From the NCBI GenBank assembly GCA_048940445.1, contig JBHLON010000001.1:147454-211453 (forward strand): a stretch of 64,000 bases of DNA, written 5' to 3'. A model generated the notes under the pieces. The model had not been told where the DNA came from. It made no database searches and saw only the letters and a program-made list of their open reading frames with translations. The stretch's first letter is position 1. Every line of letters begins with the position of its first letter. The stretch comes from Promethearchaeota archaeon. GTDB lineage: Archaea > Asgardarchaeota > Lokiarchaeia > Sigyniarchaeales > SOKP01. Made by a program: the position numbers and the translations under genes. Below, in pieces: positions 40,723 to 51,166 of the stretch.

Positions 40723-40980
40723 TGATGATTTCACTCTAGAAAACTAATTAAAAATTAATTAGGGATTATATATTTTAAATTTAAGAACTACATTAAATAT
40801 AAAAGTTACGGATTAAATCAGTAAAGATCTAAAGGAATATGCTATTTTTTGAATTTTCCCAACATGTTCCCCTAATAAATTGAAAACTGTTTAAATAATT
40901 GCCCCCATTATATAGAAATATTGAAAAAAAATTCAAAAAAAATATTAAATAACTTAATTACATAGATTGAGATAAAAAAA

Positions 40981-42231
40981 ATGTCTGAAAGTTTAGATCC
41001 ATTTATTATTTCACAAAAACAACTAAGGGAAGCTTGTGATTTAAAAGAGATTGACAATGATATCTATCAAACGCTAAGTGAGCCTGAAAGGTTTGTTCAA
41101 GTTAAGGTTACAATTAAGATGGATGATGGAAGTATAAAAACCTTTAAAGGATTTAGAAGTCAATACAATTCAGCCAGAGGTCCAATGAAAGGAGGAATTC
41201 GATGGCATCCAGATGAGAGTGCTTCTTTGGTTAAAGCTCTTAGTGCTTGGATGACATGGAAAACAGCATGTGTAGATATTCCACTTGGTGGAGCTAAAGG
41301 TGGTATTATTTGTGATCCCAAAGGTATGAGTAATAGAGAGTTGGAAACTTTAGCTAGAAGCTACATTAGACAATTGGCAGACTTTATTGGCCCTAACATA
41401 GATGTACCAGCTCCTGATGTTTATACAAATCCACAAATCATGGCATGGATGATGGACGAATACGAGAAAATTGTTCGTAAACATTCTCCTTCTGTAATTA
41501 CTGGTAAACCTCTACCTTTGGGTGGAAGTGCTGGAAGATCAATAGCAACGGCCAAAGGAGGAATATTCACTATTAGGGAAGCAGCTAAAGACATTAACTT
41601 AGATTTAAACGGAGCAAGAGTAGCTATACAAGGGTATGGAAATGCTGGTTCTTGGGCAGCTAAAATACTTCACGATGATTTTGGCTGCAAAATTATTTCT
41701 GTATCAGATTCAAAGGGGGGAATATATAATAATGATGGGATCGATCCATACAAAGCTGCAAATCATAAAGAAAAAACAAGAACTGTAGTAGGATTAGATG
41801 GAACAAAAAAAATTACTAATAAAGAACTTCTTGAATTAGAATGCGATATTTTAGTTCCAGCAGCTTTAGAAAATGAAATCACTGAAAAGAATGCGAAAAA
41901 TGTTAAAGCAAAAATTATAGCTGAATTAGCAAATGGTCCCACAACTCCTGATGCTGATAGAATACTATTCAATAACGACGTATTAATAATTCCTGACTTT
42001 TTATGCAATGCTGGGGGAGTAACTGTTTCATATTTTGAAATGGTTCAAGGTTATTACATGTATTTTTGGACGGAAAAAGAAGTATTTACAGCTTTGGATA
42101 GAATCATGACAAACGCGTATAGATCAACTGTGGAACATGCTAAACAATATAATACACACAATCGAATGGGAGCCTATATGATTTCCATCGATAGAGTTAT
42201 CGAAGCTATGAAATTACGAGGTTGGATTTAA
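40981..42231 (+). CDS. gdhA: glutamate dehydrogenase 2
   Basis: [52 protein letters not shown]. Confidence 0.95.
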   Translation: MSESLDPFIISQKQLREACDLKEIDNDIYQTLSEPERFVQVKVTIKMDDGSIKTFKGFRSQYNSARGPMKGGIRWHPDESASLVKALSAWMTWKTACVDIPLGGAKGGIICDPKGMSNRELETLARSYIRQLADFIGPNIDVPAPDVYTNPQIMAWMMDEYEKIVRKHSPSVITGKPLPLGGSAGRSIATAKGGIFTIREAAKDINLDLNGARVAIQGYGNAGSWAAKILHDDFGCKIISVSDSKGGIYNNDGIDPYKAANHKEKTRTVVGLDGTKKITNKELLELECDILVPAALENEITEKNAKNVKAKIIAELANGPTTPDADRILFNNDVLIIPDFLCNAGGVTVSYFEMVQGYYMYFWTEKEVFTALDRIMTNAYRSTVEHAKQYNTHNRMGAYMISIDRVIEAMKLRGWI

Positions 42232-42361
42232 TAATTCAATAACCTTCACTTTTTATTTTCTCTTTTTTATTAGAAGATAATAATCTATATAGGCTAAACT
42301 TATTTTAATTCAAGTAATTATGTTTCATAATTAATTTGTATTTTTGTGTAATTATATCACA

Positions 42362-43915
42362 ATGATAATCGTATTAGATTTTGGAAGTCAATACACTCAT
42401 TTAATTGCTAGGAGGATAAGAGAATTAGGAGTGTATTCTGAGATCTATCCTTTTGATATTAATGTAGAAAGTATAAAGAAGATAAGTCCAAGTGCGATTA
42501 TTTTATCTGGCGGACCTCAATCTGTTTACGAAGAGAGAAGTCCTCAGCTTTCAGATGAAGTATTTCAATATATCCTAAAAGAAAAAATACCTTTATTAGG
42601 TATTTGTTATGGATTTCACCTTGTCGCATTGAAAGCAGGAGGAAATATCATTGCTAAATCAACTAAAGAATACGGAAAGACCTCATTAGAAATAATCCAA
42701 AATGATCTTATTTTTAAAAATTTAGAAAAGACTCAGATTGTTTGGATGTCTCATGGAGATCAGGTAATAAACTTACCAGCTGATTTTGAAGTGCTTGCCA
42801 AAACAGACACCTGTCCTATCGCAGCTTATGCGAATCAGGAAAAAAAAATTTTTGGCCTTCAATTTCATCCAGAAGTGAGACATACTCTTAATGGACAATC
42901 AATTTTAAAAAACTTTATATTTGAAATCGCTGAATGTAAAAAAGAATGGGAACTAACGAATTGGATAACAAAAACCATAAAAAGTATTCAAGAGAGAGTA
43001 AGTAATAAACATAGGGTTATTTTAGGGCTTAGTGGGGGAGTTGATTCATCCGTCACGGCTGCTTTAATTCATAAAGCAATAGGGGATAGACTGCATTGTA
43101 TTTTTGTAAATAATGGTCTTTTACGTAAGAATGAAGAAATAGAGGTTCAAAAGTTTTTTCGGGATCAATTACAATTTAAAAATTTTCATTATGTAAATGC
43201 TGAAGAATTATTCTTAGAAAAGTTAAAGAATGTTGAAGATCCTGAAGAGAAACGTCAAATTATAGGACACACATTTATAGAAGTGTTTGAAGAGAAAACC
43301 GTTGAATTAGAAAAGCATTTTCCAAATATGAAATATCTTGCTCAAGGGACAATTTATCCTGATCGTGTTGAAACTGCGGTAACAAGTAAATCAGCAGCTA
43401 AAATTAAATCGCATCATAATCTCACTCTCCCCGAAAACATGAAATTAGAATTGATTGAACCATTAAAGGATATGTATAAAGATGAAGTCAGGAAAGTAGG
43501 ATTAGAATTAGGGTTACCAAGAGAATTAGTGTATAGGCATCCATTTCCTGGACCAGGACTTGCAGTAAGGTGTCTTGGAGCAATAGATAAGAAAAAATTA
43601 GGAATATTAAAAGAAGCTGATTCAATTTTATTAGAAGAAATCGAAAATGCAGGTCTCTATGAAAAACTTTGGCAGATTTTTTGCGTGCTACTCCCAATAA
43701 AAACAGTTGGAATTATGGGTGATTTTCGAACATATGAATATATATGTTCTATAAGAGCCGTAGAATCTATTGATGCTATGACCGCAAACTTTGCAAAACT
43801 CGATTGGAATTTATTAGAACGAATTGGAACTCGAATTATCAATGAAGTCAAAGGGTTTAACAGAGTCGTCTATGATATTTCAAATAAACCCCCAAGTACA
43901 ATTGAGTATGAATAG
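42362..43915 (+). CDS. guaA: GMP synthase (glutamine-hydrolysing), fused A+B form
   Basis: LDFGSQY, LGICYG, QFHPEV, SGGVDS, IKSHHN, PFPGPGL, KPPSTIEYE. Confidence 0.97.
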   Translation: MIIVLDFGSQYTHLIARRIRELGVYSEIYPFDINVESIKKISPSAIILSGGPQSVYEERSPQLSDEVFQYILKEKIPLLGICYGFHLVALKAGGNIIAKSTKEYGKTSLEIIQNDLIFKNLEKTQIVWMSHGDQVINLPADFEVLAKTDTCPIAAYANQEKKIFGLQFHPEVRHTLNGQSILKNFIFEIAECKKEWELTNWITKTIKSIQERVSNKHRVILGLSGGVDSSVTAALIHKAIGDRLHCIFVNNGLLRKNEEIEVQKFFRDQLQFKNFHYVNAEELFLEKLKNVEDPEEKRQIIGHTFIEVFEEKTVELEKHFPNMKYLAQGTIYPDRVETAVTSKSAAKIKSHHNLTLPENMKLELIEPLKDMYKDEVRKVGLELGLPRELVYRHPFPGPGLAVRCLGAIDKKKLGILKEADSILLEEIENAGLYEKLWQIFCVLLPIKTVGIMGDFRTYEYICSIRAVESIDAMTANFAKLDWNLLERIGTRIINEVKGFNRVVYDISNKPPSTIEYE

Positions 43916-44013
43916 TATTTTTTACTAGTAAATAAAAATTAATTTTTCTAGCAAATTTTAATTTCTTTTTTAATTAAACCAAAGTAAAAAAATAATTTTA
44001 TTATTTGATCGAT

Positions 44014-45801
44014 ATGACAGCACAAAAAATCGCATGGGATTTAACAGGTTTATTTAAAAGCCATAAAGATCCAAAAATAGATTCTCTTATAGAAAATCTA
44101 AAAAAGGACGCTGCGAATTTTGTACAAAACTATAAAGGAAAAATAAAGAAACCAGAATTTACGAATAAAGATTTGCTTGCTTTATTTAAGAAAATTGAAG
44201 AGTTTGATGCAAACTTAGATGAGTTCGGGACATACGCTCATATTTTATACGATGCAAATATGAAGATTCCAGAATCTGAAATCTTAAAAAATAAGATGCT
44301 GCAATTCAGTACTGAAATAGCAAAAAAATTGGCTTTTCTTGAATTAGAAATAGGAAAATATGTATACCAGAATAAAGATTTAATTGATGATAATCTTTTA
44401 CAGAATTACAAGCATTATTTGGAGAAAATTAGGAGAAGGCAGCCACATCTATTATCCGAAATAGAAGAACAATTAATCCTAGAAAAAGATCAATTTGGTA
44501 TAATCCAATGGAGTCAATTACAAGCTAAATGGTTGAATACAAGAAAATTTGAAGTAAAAGTAATGGGAGAAGATAAGATATTATCATATAATGATGCTAA
44601 TAGTTTATTAAGCCATCCTGACAGAGATACTAGAATATCTGCTCAAAGATCAATCTATAGCAAACTAGGGAAGGATGAATATATTTTTTCATCAGCTCTG
44701 AGAAATATTTGTGAAGATTGGATGAAAACTGTTAATAGAAGAAAATATGATAATGCTGTACATGATAGCCTTATTACAAATGACACTTCCCAAGAAGTTA
44801 TTGAAAATTTAATGAAAACTATTGAAAAGAATGCCAACGTATATAGAAGATATATGAATTTAAAAGCCAAACTTCTTAAATTACCAAAATTGAACTATGC
44901 AGATGCTTTAGCACCACTCTTAGAAGCCCCAGAAAAAAAGTATACTTGGCAAGAAACTAAAAATTTAGTAATTGAAGCTTATAATAAGTTTGATGAAGAA
45001 TTTGCTGGTTATGCTCACGATATGTTTAATAAGAATCATATTGATGCCAGTACCCGAGACGGAAAGAGAAATGGAGCATATTGCGCTTCCTGGTTTAAAG
45101 GAAAATCTGCATTTATCTTTATGAACTATACTGGTCAATTAAGAGAAATTTTTACATTAGCTCATGAAATGGGTCATGCAATTCATGATTATCTATCTAT
45201 GAATACTCAAACTTATTTCAATATTCATCCAGGGTATTGTACTGCAGAGTGTGCGTCTATTTTTGGTGAATTATTATTAACAGACTTACTATTGAAAAAA
45301 TCTGATTCTGATATTGTTAAACGAACAATATTAGCGAATGTACTTGATGAAGCAGGGATGGCAGTTTTTCAAGTAAGTGCTAGATTCTGGTTTGAACAAA
45401 ATTTGTATGATGCAATTAAAAAAAATGAATATTTAGATGGTCAAACTATCGCTAAGTATTGGGTTGCTGGGCGAGACATGATATATGGAGATGCTGTTGA
45501 TTTTTTCAATGAACTTATTTGGGAATGGACGATGAAACCTCACTACTTTAGAGTAGGTCTACGATTCTATAATTATCCTTATGTATATGCTCAACTTTTT
45601 GTATACGCGCTATATCAAAAATATAAAGCTGAAGGAAAAAGTTTTATTCCTAAATTTAAAAAGTTATTAAGTTCTGGTGGTAGCTTGTCTTCTGTAGATC
45701 TAGGAAAAATTGTTGGACTAGATATAACTAATGCAGAATTTTGGGAGCTCGGTATTAAACAATATGAAGAATTTGTAAATCAATTAGAAAAGTTAATCTA
45801 A
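44014..45801 (+). CDS. pepF: oligoendopeptidase F (M3B)
   Basis: WDLT, GKRNGAYC, TLAHEMGHAIH, AECAS, FYNYPY. Confidence 0.94.
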   Translation: MTAQKIAWDLTGLFKSHKDPKIDSLIENLKKDAANFVQNYKGKIKKPEFTNKDLLALFKKIEEFDANLDEFGTYAHILYDANMKIPESEILKNKMLQFSTEIAKKLAFLELEIGKYVYQNKDLIDDNLLQNYKHYLEKIRRRQPHLLSEIEEQLILEKDQFGIIQWSQLQAKWLNTRKFEVKVMGEDKILSYNDANSLLSHPDRDTRISAQRSIYSKLGKDEYIFSSALRNICEDWMKTVNRRKYDNAVHDSLITNDTSQEVIENLMKTIEKNANVYRRYMNLKAKLLKLPKLNYADALAPLLEAPEKKYTWQETKNLVIEAYNKFDEEFAGYAHDMFNKNHIDASTRDGKRNGAYCASWFKGKSAFIFMNYTGQLREIFTLAHEMGHAIHDYLSMNTQTYFNIHPGYCTAECASIFGELLLTDLLLKKSDSDIVKRTILANVLDEAGMAVFQVSARFWFEQNLYDAIKKNEYLDGQTIAKYWVAGRDMIYGDAVDFFNELIWEWTMKPHYFRVGLRFYNYPYVYAQLFVYALYQKYKAEGKSFIPKFKKLLSSGGSLSSVDLGKIVGLDITNAEFWELGIKQYEEFVNQLEKLI

Positions 45802-45840
45802 ATCTCTTTTTATTATTTTCTGCAATTTATTGAAGAAATC

Positions 45841-46146
45841 CTATTCGTATAAATAACTTATTCCTTTATCCTGACTTGAAGTTCTTAGTAAAGGGCTACA
45901 ATTCCACTCATGAGGTCTTATTTCCTCGAAAATCAATTCATAATTATCTATATCCTTGAAATCGCTTGTTTTGATCTTTTTCTTATCTAAACTTGCTAAA
46001 GTTCTTTTTGTAACGCAATTCCATTGACGCTCAATTCGTTCCTTTTTAAGGATCGCCCCAAAAAATATACATTGACCATCACAGATATGACATATATTCC
46101 TGCCATAAGAATATTCAACTCCACAAGCTTGACATTTAATTATCAA
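45841..46146 (-). CDS. zinc-ribbon protein with repeated WNC motif
   Basis: CQAC...CHIC, RQWNC and HEWNC; TTG start after GAAGTGG. Confidence 0.6.
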   Translation of the reverse strand: MIIKCQACGVEYSYGRNICHICDGQCIFFGAILKKERIERQWNCVTKRTLASLDKKKIKTSDFKDIDNYELIFEEIRPHEWNCSPLLRTSSQDKGISYLYE

Positions 46147-46213
46147 TTCTTTCCACTTCTTTCTTATAATAAAATTCAAAAAGATTTCTATGTAATTATG
46201 CAATTCCTAAACT

Positions 46214-46468
46214 CTACAATGCTTCATATTGCCGAGGTGACCTTTCATAATAGACTTTTAGTTTGTCAGGATACTTGATTTTGATCCTCTTTATAACTTT
46301 AGCAAGTGAACTTCTATGTTCATATCCCATCGCAGCAGACCACTCTGCCGCTGTAGACGTTCCTAATTCCTTAAGTTTCTCGAGACACATTAATTCATAT
46401 GTCCTAAAAACGGCTTTCTTTGGTTTAATAATATTGTCCATACTTGAGATTATTTTATCTAATGCCAT
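46214..46468 (-). CDS. small winged-helix DNA-binding protein
   Basis: LEKLKELGTSTAAEWSAAMGY...SSLAKVIKRI...PRQY. Confidence 0.7.
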   Translation of the reverse strand: MALDKIISSMDNIIKPKKAVFRTYELMCLEKLKELGTSTAAEWSAAMGYEHRSSLAKVIKRIKIKYPDKLKVYYERSPRQYEAL

Positions 46469-47135
46469 ACTCAATTCACATGCTAAATTTTTTTTATTAT
46501 TTTATGGTGGGACTTATCTCCCACTGAAATCATTTTAATATTAAATAGTTTATTTAAATATTTAAGTTTTATTATTGTGAAGAAGATAGACATTTTGTTT
46601 AGATATTTTTTCAAATATTAAAGAATTTTCATTATTACTTGAAATCCTATTTAAAGCTTTAGTTTTATGGTGAACAAATTCCTATTACATAAAAGCTGTA
46701 TTAGAAAAAATCTAAAAAATCTTTAGCCAATATTTAAAAGGGCAACTTAATTTTTTTCAATTCTCAATTTAAATAATTTTTCATTATAATTATACTTAAT
46801 TCGACAGAAATTTATTACAAAAAGTGGCTAGAAGTAAAGAATCAAAACGCTGTAAAACCGGGCTTATTTGATTTCATGAAAAATAATCTATGTCCTCTTG
46901 TTTCTTAGGATAATATTCAATCCCTATAATTTGCATAATCTAAAGTAGCAATTACTTTTTTTTCAAAATACAATCTTAAAATTTATAAGATTATTAAACT
47001 CTTTGAGCATTAGATAAAGAATGTCGGAATTATGCTTTTTTTACTTTTAGACTTACTTGTGACTTTTTTCATGTTAATCATTATGTTTCAGTTTGTTAAA
47101 GGATTTCCATAAGATTTATATATGAAAATAAATAT

Positions 47136-47167
47136 TTGTTCTATATCGAACGTTCGGAGTAGAACAA
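47136..47167. promoter_or_regulatory. palindromic operator (two tandem GTTC-N6-GAAC boxes)
   Basis: TTGTTCTA-TAT-CGAACGTTCG-GAG-TAGAACAA lying just downstream of the TTTATATA box at about 47115-47122. Confidence 0.7.
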
Positions 47168-47215
47168 TTAATTAAAAAATTAAATTATGGATAAGTAAGT
47201 AGAGGTGAAGTTAAA

Positions 47216-47995
47216 ATTTCAGAGATATTATCTTATCGAATTGTTGAATTAAATGAAAAGAATATTGATGAATACGACCTATTTTGCTTAAAAGAAAAAG
47301 ATAAGGAAGGTTATAAAAATAAAGTTAACTGGCTTAAAAAACGTTTTAAAGAAGGCTTACACTATAAATTGCTAATGATTCAAGAAGAGGAACAAAATTA
47401 TATGTCAGGAGGATTTATAGAATATATCCCTGGTGAATCAGTTTGGCGCGGCATTCTTGCTCCTGGCTGGATGGTCATACATTGCATATTAGTCAATAAT
47501 AAATATCACCATCTCGAATTTGGTTCAAAATTATTACAGGAATGTTATAATGATGCTAAGGGAATGAATGGTGTAGTAATTCTAACATCACATGAAGGAG
47601 GTTGGGAGCCCACAAATTCCCTTTTTTTAAAACATGGTTTTCAGAAAGTTGATGAAATTTCACCTTTCGAACTTTATGCGAAGAAATTTATTGAAGATGC
47701 ACCTCTTCCAAAATTTAATCGATCTCCAAAGCTAAATTATAAAAAATTTGAGGGAAAACTTCTTGGAATTAAAACTCAACAATGTCCTTATGTTGTACAT
47801 ATGACTGGTTTACTTGAGGATTTAGCTAAAGAGATTAAGATGGAATTGGTAATAGAAGATTTGAAAGATTCTAAAAGCGTCCAAGAAGACAGTTTGCATC
47901 CTTATGCGACTTTTTGTGTATATTTCAACGGAGATTTTATTACCCGAATGCCCTATTATAAAGAAGATATTACTAATCATATAAATAAGAAATAA
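47216..47995 (+). CDS. YoaP-domain GNAT-like protein, apparent ATT start
   Basis: Open frame upstream of the track start encodes IVELNEKNIDEYDLFC...GYKNKVNWLKKRFKEGL; GFIEYIPGE, IHC, QCPY. Confidence 0.85.
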   Translation: MSEILSYRIVELNEKNIDEYDLFCLKEKDKEGYKNKVNWLKKRFKEGLHYKLLMIQEEEQNYMSGGFIEYIPGESVWRGILAPGWMVIHCILVNNKYHHLEFGSKLLQECYNDAKGMNGVVILTSHEGGWEPTNSLFLKHGFQKVDEISPFELYAKKFIEDAPLPKFNRSPKLNYKKFEGKLLGIKTQQCPYVVHMTGLLEDLAKEIKMELVIEDLKDSKSVQEDSLHPYATFCVYFNGDFITRMPYYKEDITNHINKK

Positions 47996-48011
47996 ATAAG
48001 GTAAAGTGTAT

Positions 48012-48473
48012 ATGGATTTAGATGAAGTAAAGAGATCATGTATAGAGTTAATAGAAAATTCCCTTGTTGCATATTTTTCTACAATTGATTCCGAAGGCTT
48101 TCCTATAACAAGAGCATTACTAAACACACGATATAAGGAACGATATCCTGAATTTTCTGAATTCTATGATGATCTGGAAGATAAATATGTAATTTATTTC
48201 TCAACAAATACTAGCTCTTCTAAGATAAGCCACATAAAGGAAAATCCTAAAGTTGCTGTTTATTTTTGCGACACTGAACAATTTAAAGGAGTAATGTTTG
48301 GTGGTGAGGCTGATATAGTTGAAGATATGGAACTAAAGCGACAATTCTGGTTAGAGAGATCTATTAGGTATTATCCAAAGGGATTGGAAGATCCTGATTA
48401 TACTATACTTCGATTTAGGCCTAATGAAGGACGATTCTACTATAATTTAAACCAAGTTGAATTTAAAATTTAA
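48012..48473 (+). CDS. pyridoxamine 5'-phosphate oxidase family (general stress) protein
   Basis: STIDSEGFP, YFSTNTSSSK...NPKV, YYPKGLEDPDY. Confidence 0.88.
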   Translation: MDLDEVKRSCIELIENSLVAYFSTIDSEGFPITRALLNTRYKERYPEFSEFYDDLEDKYVIYFSTNTSSSKISHIKENPKVAVYFCDTEQFKGVMFGGEADIVEDMELKRQFWLERSIRYYPKGLEDPDYTILRFRPNEGRFYYNLNQVEFKI

Positions 48474-48493
48474 TTAATTAGGTGAATTTTAAA

Positions 48494-49300
48494 TTGGTAA
48501 AAATTGAAAGAGGACATGTCAATGGAAGAGATGTCCGATTGGCTTATATTGATTTTGGAGGATCAGGAGAATCTGTTGTCCTATTACATGGACTTATGTC
48601 TAGAGCAGCCAATTGGTATGAGGTGGCACTCTGGTTAAGAGAAAACTACCATGTTATTGCATTTGATCAAAGAGGGCATGGAAGAAGTGAAAAATTAGAT
48701 TCTGATTATTCAAGAGATATAATGATTGAAGATATTGCAATCGCCATGAATGAGCTAGGCATACATCATAGTATTGTGATTGGACATTCTATGGGGGGTT
48801 CGATAGCTTGGGGTTTGGCTGTCTTACACCCACACCTAGTTAAAGCTCTGATTATTGAAGATAAAAGTGCTCAAGCAGCCCCAATGGAAGCTCTTGATGA
48901 ATGGGAAAAATTTTTTATATCATGGCCGGTTCCATTCAGTTGTTTAAAAGAAGCACGTTTATTTTTTGGAAATCTACATCCCACTTATGCAGATCACTTT
49001 ATAGAACTACTTGAAGAAAAAGAATTGGGATATTATCCAATTTTCAAATTTCAACATCTCCTTAAAATATTAAGTTTAAGTTTTGGAAAATCAAAATGGG
49101 AAGAATTAGAACAAATAAAATGTCCTACACTGATAATTAAAGGGGGATCTAGTCAATTTAAAAGTGAACAAGCCGAAAAAATGTCAAAAATAATAAAAAA
49201 TTGTCAACTTATTGAAATTCCTAACGCTGGCCATGTAGTGCACGATGATCAGCCTGAATTATATAAAGTTGCAGTAAATAATTTTCTGATGAGATTATAG
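48494..49300 (+). CDS. alpha/beta hydrolase
   Basis: LLHG, DQRGHG, GHSMGG, AGHVVH; TTG after GGTGA. Confidence 0.92.
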   Translation: MVKIERGHVNGRDVRLAYIDFGGSGESVVLLHGLMSRAANWYEVALWLRENYHVIAFDQRGHGRSEKLDSDYSRDIMIEDIAIAMNELGIHHSIVIGHSMGGSIAWGLAVLHPHLVKALIIEDKSAQAAPMEALDEWEKFFISWPVPFSCLKEARLFFGNLHPTYADHFIELLEEKELGYYPIFKFQHLLKILSLSFGKSKWEELEQIKCPTLIIKGGSSQFKSEQAEKMSKIIKNCQLIEIPNAGHVVHDDQPELYKVAVNNFLMRL

Positions 49301-49328
49301 ATATTCGTAGAATTTAGGAATTAGAAAA

Positions 49329-49808
49329 ATGCTTGAAAGTAAAGAAGAAAAAAAGGAAATGTTAAGAGAAGGAGGATTCTTAATGGTAAAGATCCGCAAA
49401 TTATCAGAGCGGATTTTTGCAAAAATACTCCGAGATTTTAATGTTACTGAAATTACTTCTGCTCAAGGAAGAGTAATGTTTCCACTTTGGCAAAAAGATG
49501 ACATTTCTTTCCAAGAGCTTAAACGGAAAACCTCGTTAAGTAAAGCTACCCTGTCTCATATGTTGGATAATCTTGAAAAATCAAACCACATAAAAAGAGT
49601 ACCTGTTGCAAATGATAAAAGAACTATTAACATAAAGTTAACTAAAAAGAACAAAGTATTACAGAAAAAATTTCTTCAAGTTTCTTATCAAATGAGAGAC
49701 ATCTATTATAGTGGCTTTTTTGAAAAGGAGATTGATGAGTTTGAAATCTATTTAAGAAGAATTCTTGAAAATTTAACGAAATATACCGAGGAAAACAAGA
49801 AAAGATAA
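49329..49808 (+). CDS. MarR family transcriptional regulator
   Basis: QGRVMFPL...SKATLSHMLDNLEK...DKRT...LT. Confidence 0.9.
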   Translation: MLESKEEKKEMLREGGFLMVKIRKLSERIFAKILRDFNVTEITSAQGRVMFPLWQKDDISFQELKRKTSLSKATLSHMLDNLEKSNHIKRVPVANDKRTINIKLTKKNKVLQKKFLQVSYQMRDIYYSGFFEKEIDEFEIYLRRILENLTKYTEENKKR

Positions 49809-49946
49809 TCTTGAATTTAGATCATACAACATAAGCCATATTATGATGCTCAAGATATGTATTAACTATTTTACACTTACAAGTAATTAGCCGGAAAGAA
49901 TTTGTTAACGGTAAAGCTTTTATTTATAACAGTAATAATGTTTTTT

Positions 49947-50240
49947 ATGCCAATATATATTCTTGCAACTAAATTGCAAAACCCTGATTTGGTCGAGAGA
50001 AGGAAAGAACAGGGTGAAAAGTTCCTAAAGTTAGTAAGAGAGAAAGTTCCAGAGATTAGATGGCTAGCCCATTATGCAATTCTTGGTCCTTATGACTTTA
50101 TTGACATTTTTGAAGTTGATAATGAAAGAGAAGCTGCTAAGGTTTCATTATTGTCTCGTGCTGCAGGAGCAATGTTCGCTGAAAGCTGGACTGCTATTCC
50201 TTACTCAGACTTTTTAGGACTCTTGAATGGTTTAAAATAA
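49947..50240 (+). CDS. GYD domain protein
   Basis: MPIYILATKL...YAILGPYDFIDIFE...ESWTA; ATG about 20-25 nt after TTTAT box (leaderless). Confidence 0.85.
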   Translation: MPIYILATKLQNPDLVERRKEQGEKFLKLVREKVPEIRWLAHYAILGPYDFIDIFEVDNEREAAKVSLLSRAAGAMFAESWTAIPYSDFLGLLNGLK

Positions 50241-50271
50241 ATAGGTATAAAAAAGGATAAAAATAGGAATT

Positions 50272-50469
50272 TTACAGAAATTCTTTTTTCATTATCTTAA
50301 TAAATTCAGGGTCTCTTTTTTCAAATGGAATCCTTTCTCTTCCGGTATAAATATAGTAGGAATTGTGATTTTTAAAAAACTCAGAGAAGGGAATGATTAG
50401 TTCAGAAATATTGGGGAATAATTTATCATAAAAATCCTTATTATTTACTTTAACTATTCCTATACTCAT
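50272..50469 (-). CDS. small hypothetical protein
   Basis: 65-aa ORF downstream of Lrp on the same strand; no recognised motif. Confidence 0.45.
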   Translation of the reverse strand: MSIGIVKVNNKDFYDKLFPNISELIIPFSEFFKNHNSYYIYTGRERIPFEKRDPEFIKIMKKEFL

Positions 50470-50542
50470 AAAGGTAAAATTATATTTTAGTAATATAAAA
50501 GAATAGTCCCGACAAATTTAGTAATTATATTGTATATAACTT

Positions 50543-51025
50543 CTATGACTCATTTTCAAGTAAATTTACAAGAGAACTTTCTTCTTTAATTACATTCAAT
50601 ACTATGTGAGTATTTGTTCTCTCAACATAAGGAGATTGATGAAATTTTTTAATCATTTTACTGAGATCATCTCTAGATTTGAATCGTGCAAACACTAATG
50701 CATCGTAGGTCCCTGTAATATCATAGACTGCAAAAATATTAGGATATTGAGCAATTTTTTCTTCAACATCAAACATCTTTCCTTTAGAAATAGTGACCTC
50801 AATTATAGCGATTATAGTAAAACCCAGTTTTTCATAATCAATCTGTACACCATAATTCTTTATAATTCCATTGTCTACTAAATCCTCGATATGTTTTTTG
50901 ATTGTGACCGGTGATTTTCCTAATTCATCTGAAATCGCATGATAAGTCTTTCGCCCATCTTGACTTAGAATTTTTAAAATATCTAGGTCAACATCTTCAA
51001 ATTTCAGTTTGTTAGATTCGCTCAT
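50543..51025 (-). CDS. Lrp/AsnC family regulator
   Basis: DLDILKILSQDGR...IDYEKLG...ITGTYD...TNTHIVL. Confidence 0.93.
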   Translation of the reverse strand: MSESNKLKFEDVDLDILKILSQDGRKTYHAISDELGKSPVTIKKHIEDLVDNGIIKNYGVQIDYEKLGFTIIAIIEVTISKGKMFDVEEKIAQYPNIFAVYDITGTYDALVFARFKSRDDLSKMIKKFHQSPYVERTNTHIVLNVIKEESSLVNLLENES

Positions 51026-51166
51026 AAAAAGTTTAATGATAAAATAATTTAATAGTTTTTATTTTTCTTTCTAAGTCTTATATAAAGAATAATATGTTTT
51101 AAATTTCTTACTTGCTTTTGTAATTTAGAATTATTTTTTAAGTAGTAGAGGGTAAGTTTATCATAG

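Noticed and set aside
46800-46875. RNase P-like words (ACAGAAA, AAAACCGGGCTTAT)
   Set aside because: No GAGGAAAGUCC-type CR-I partner and the region is too AT-rich
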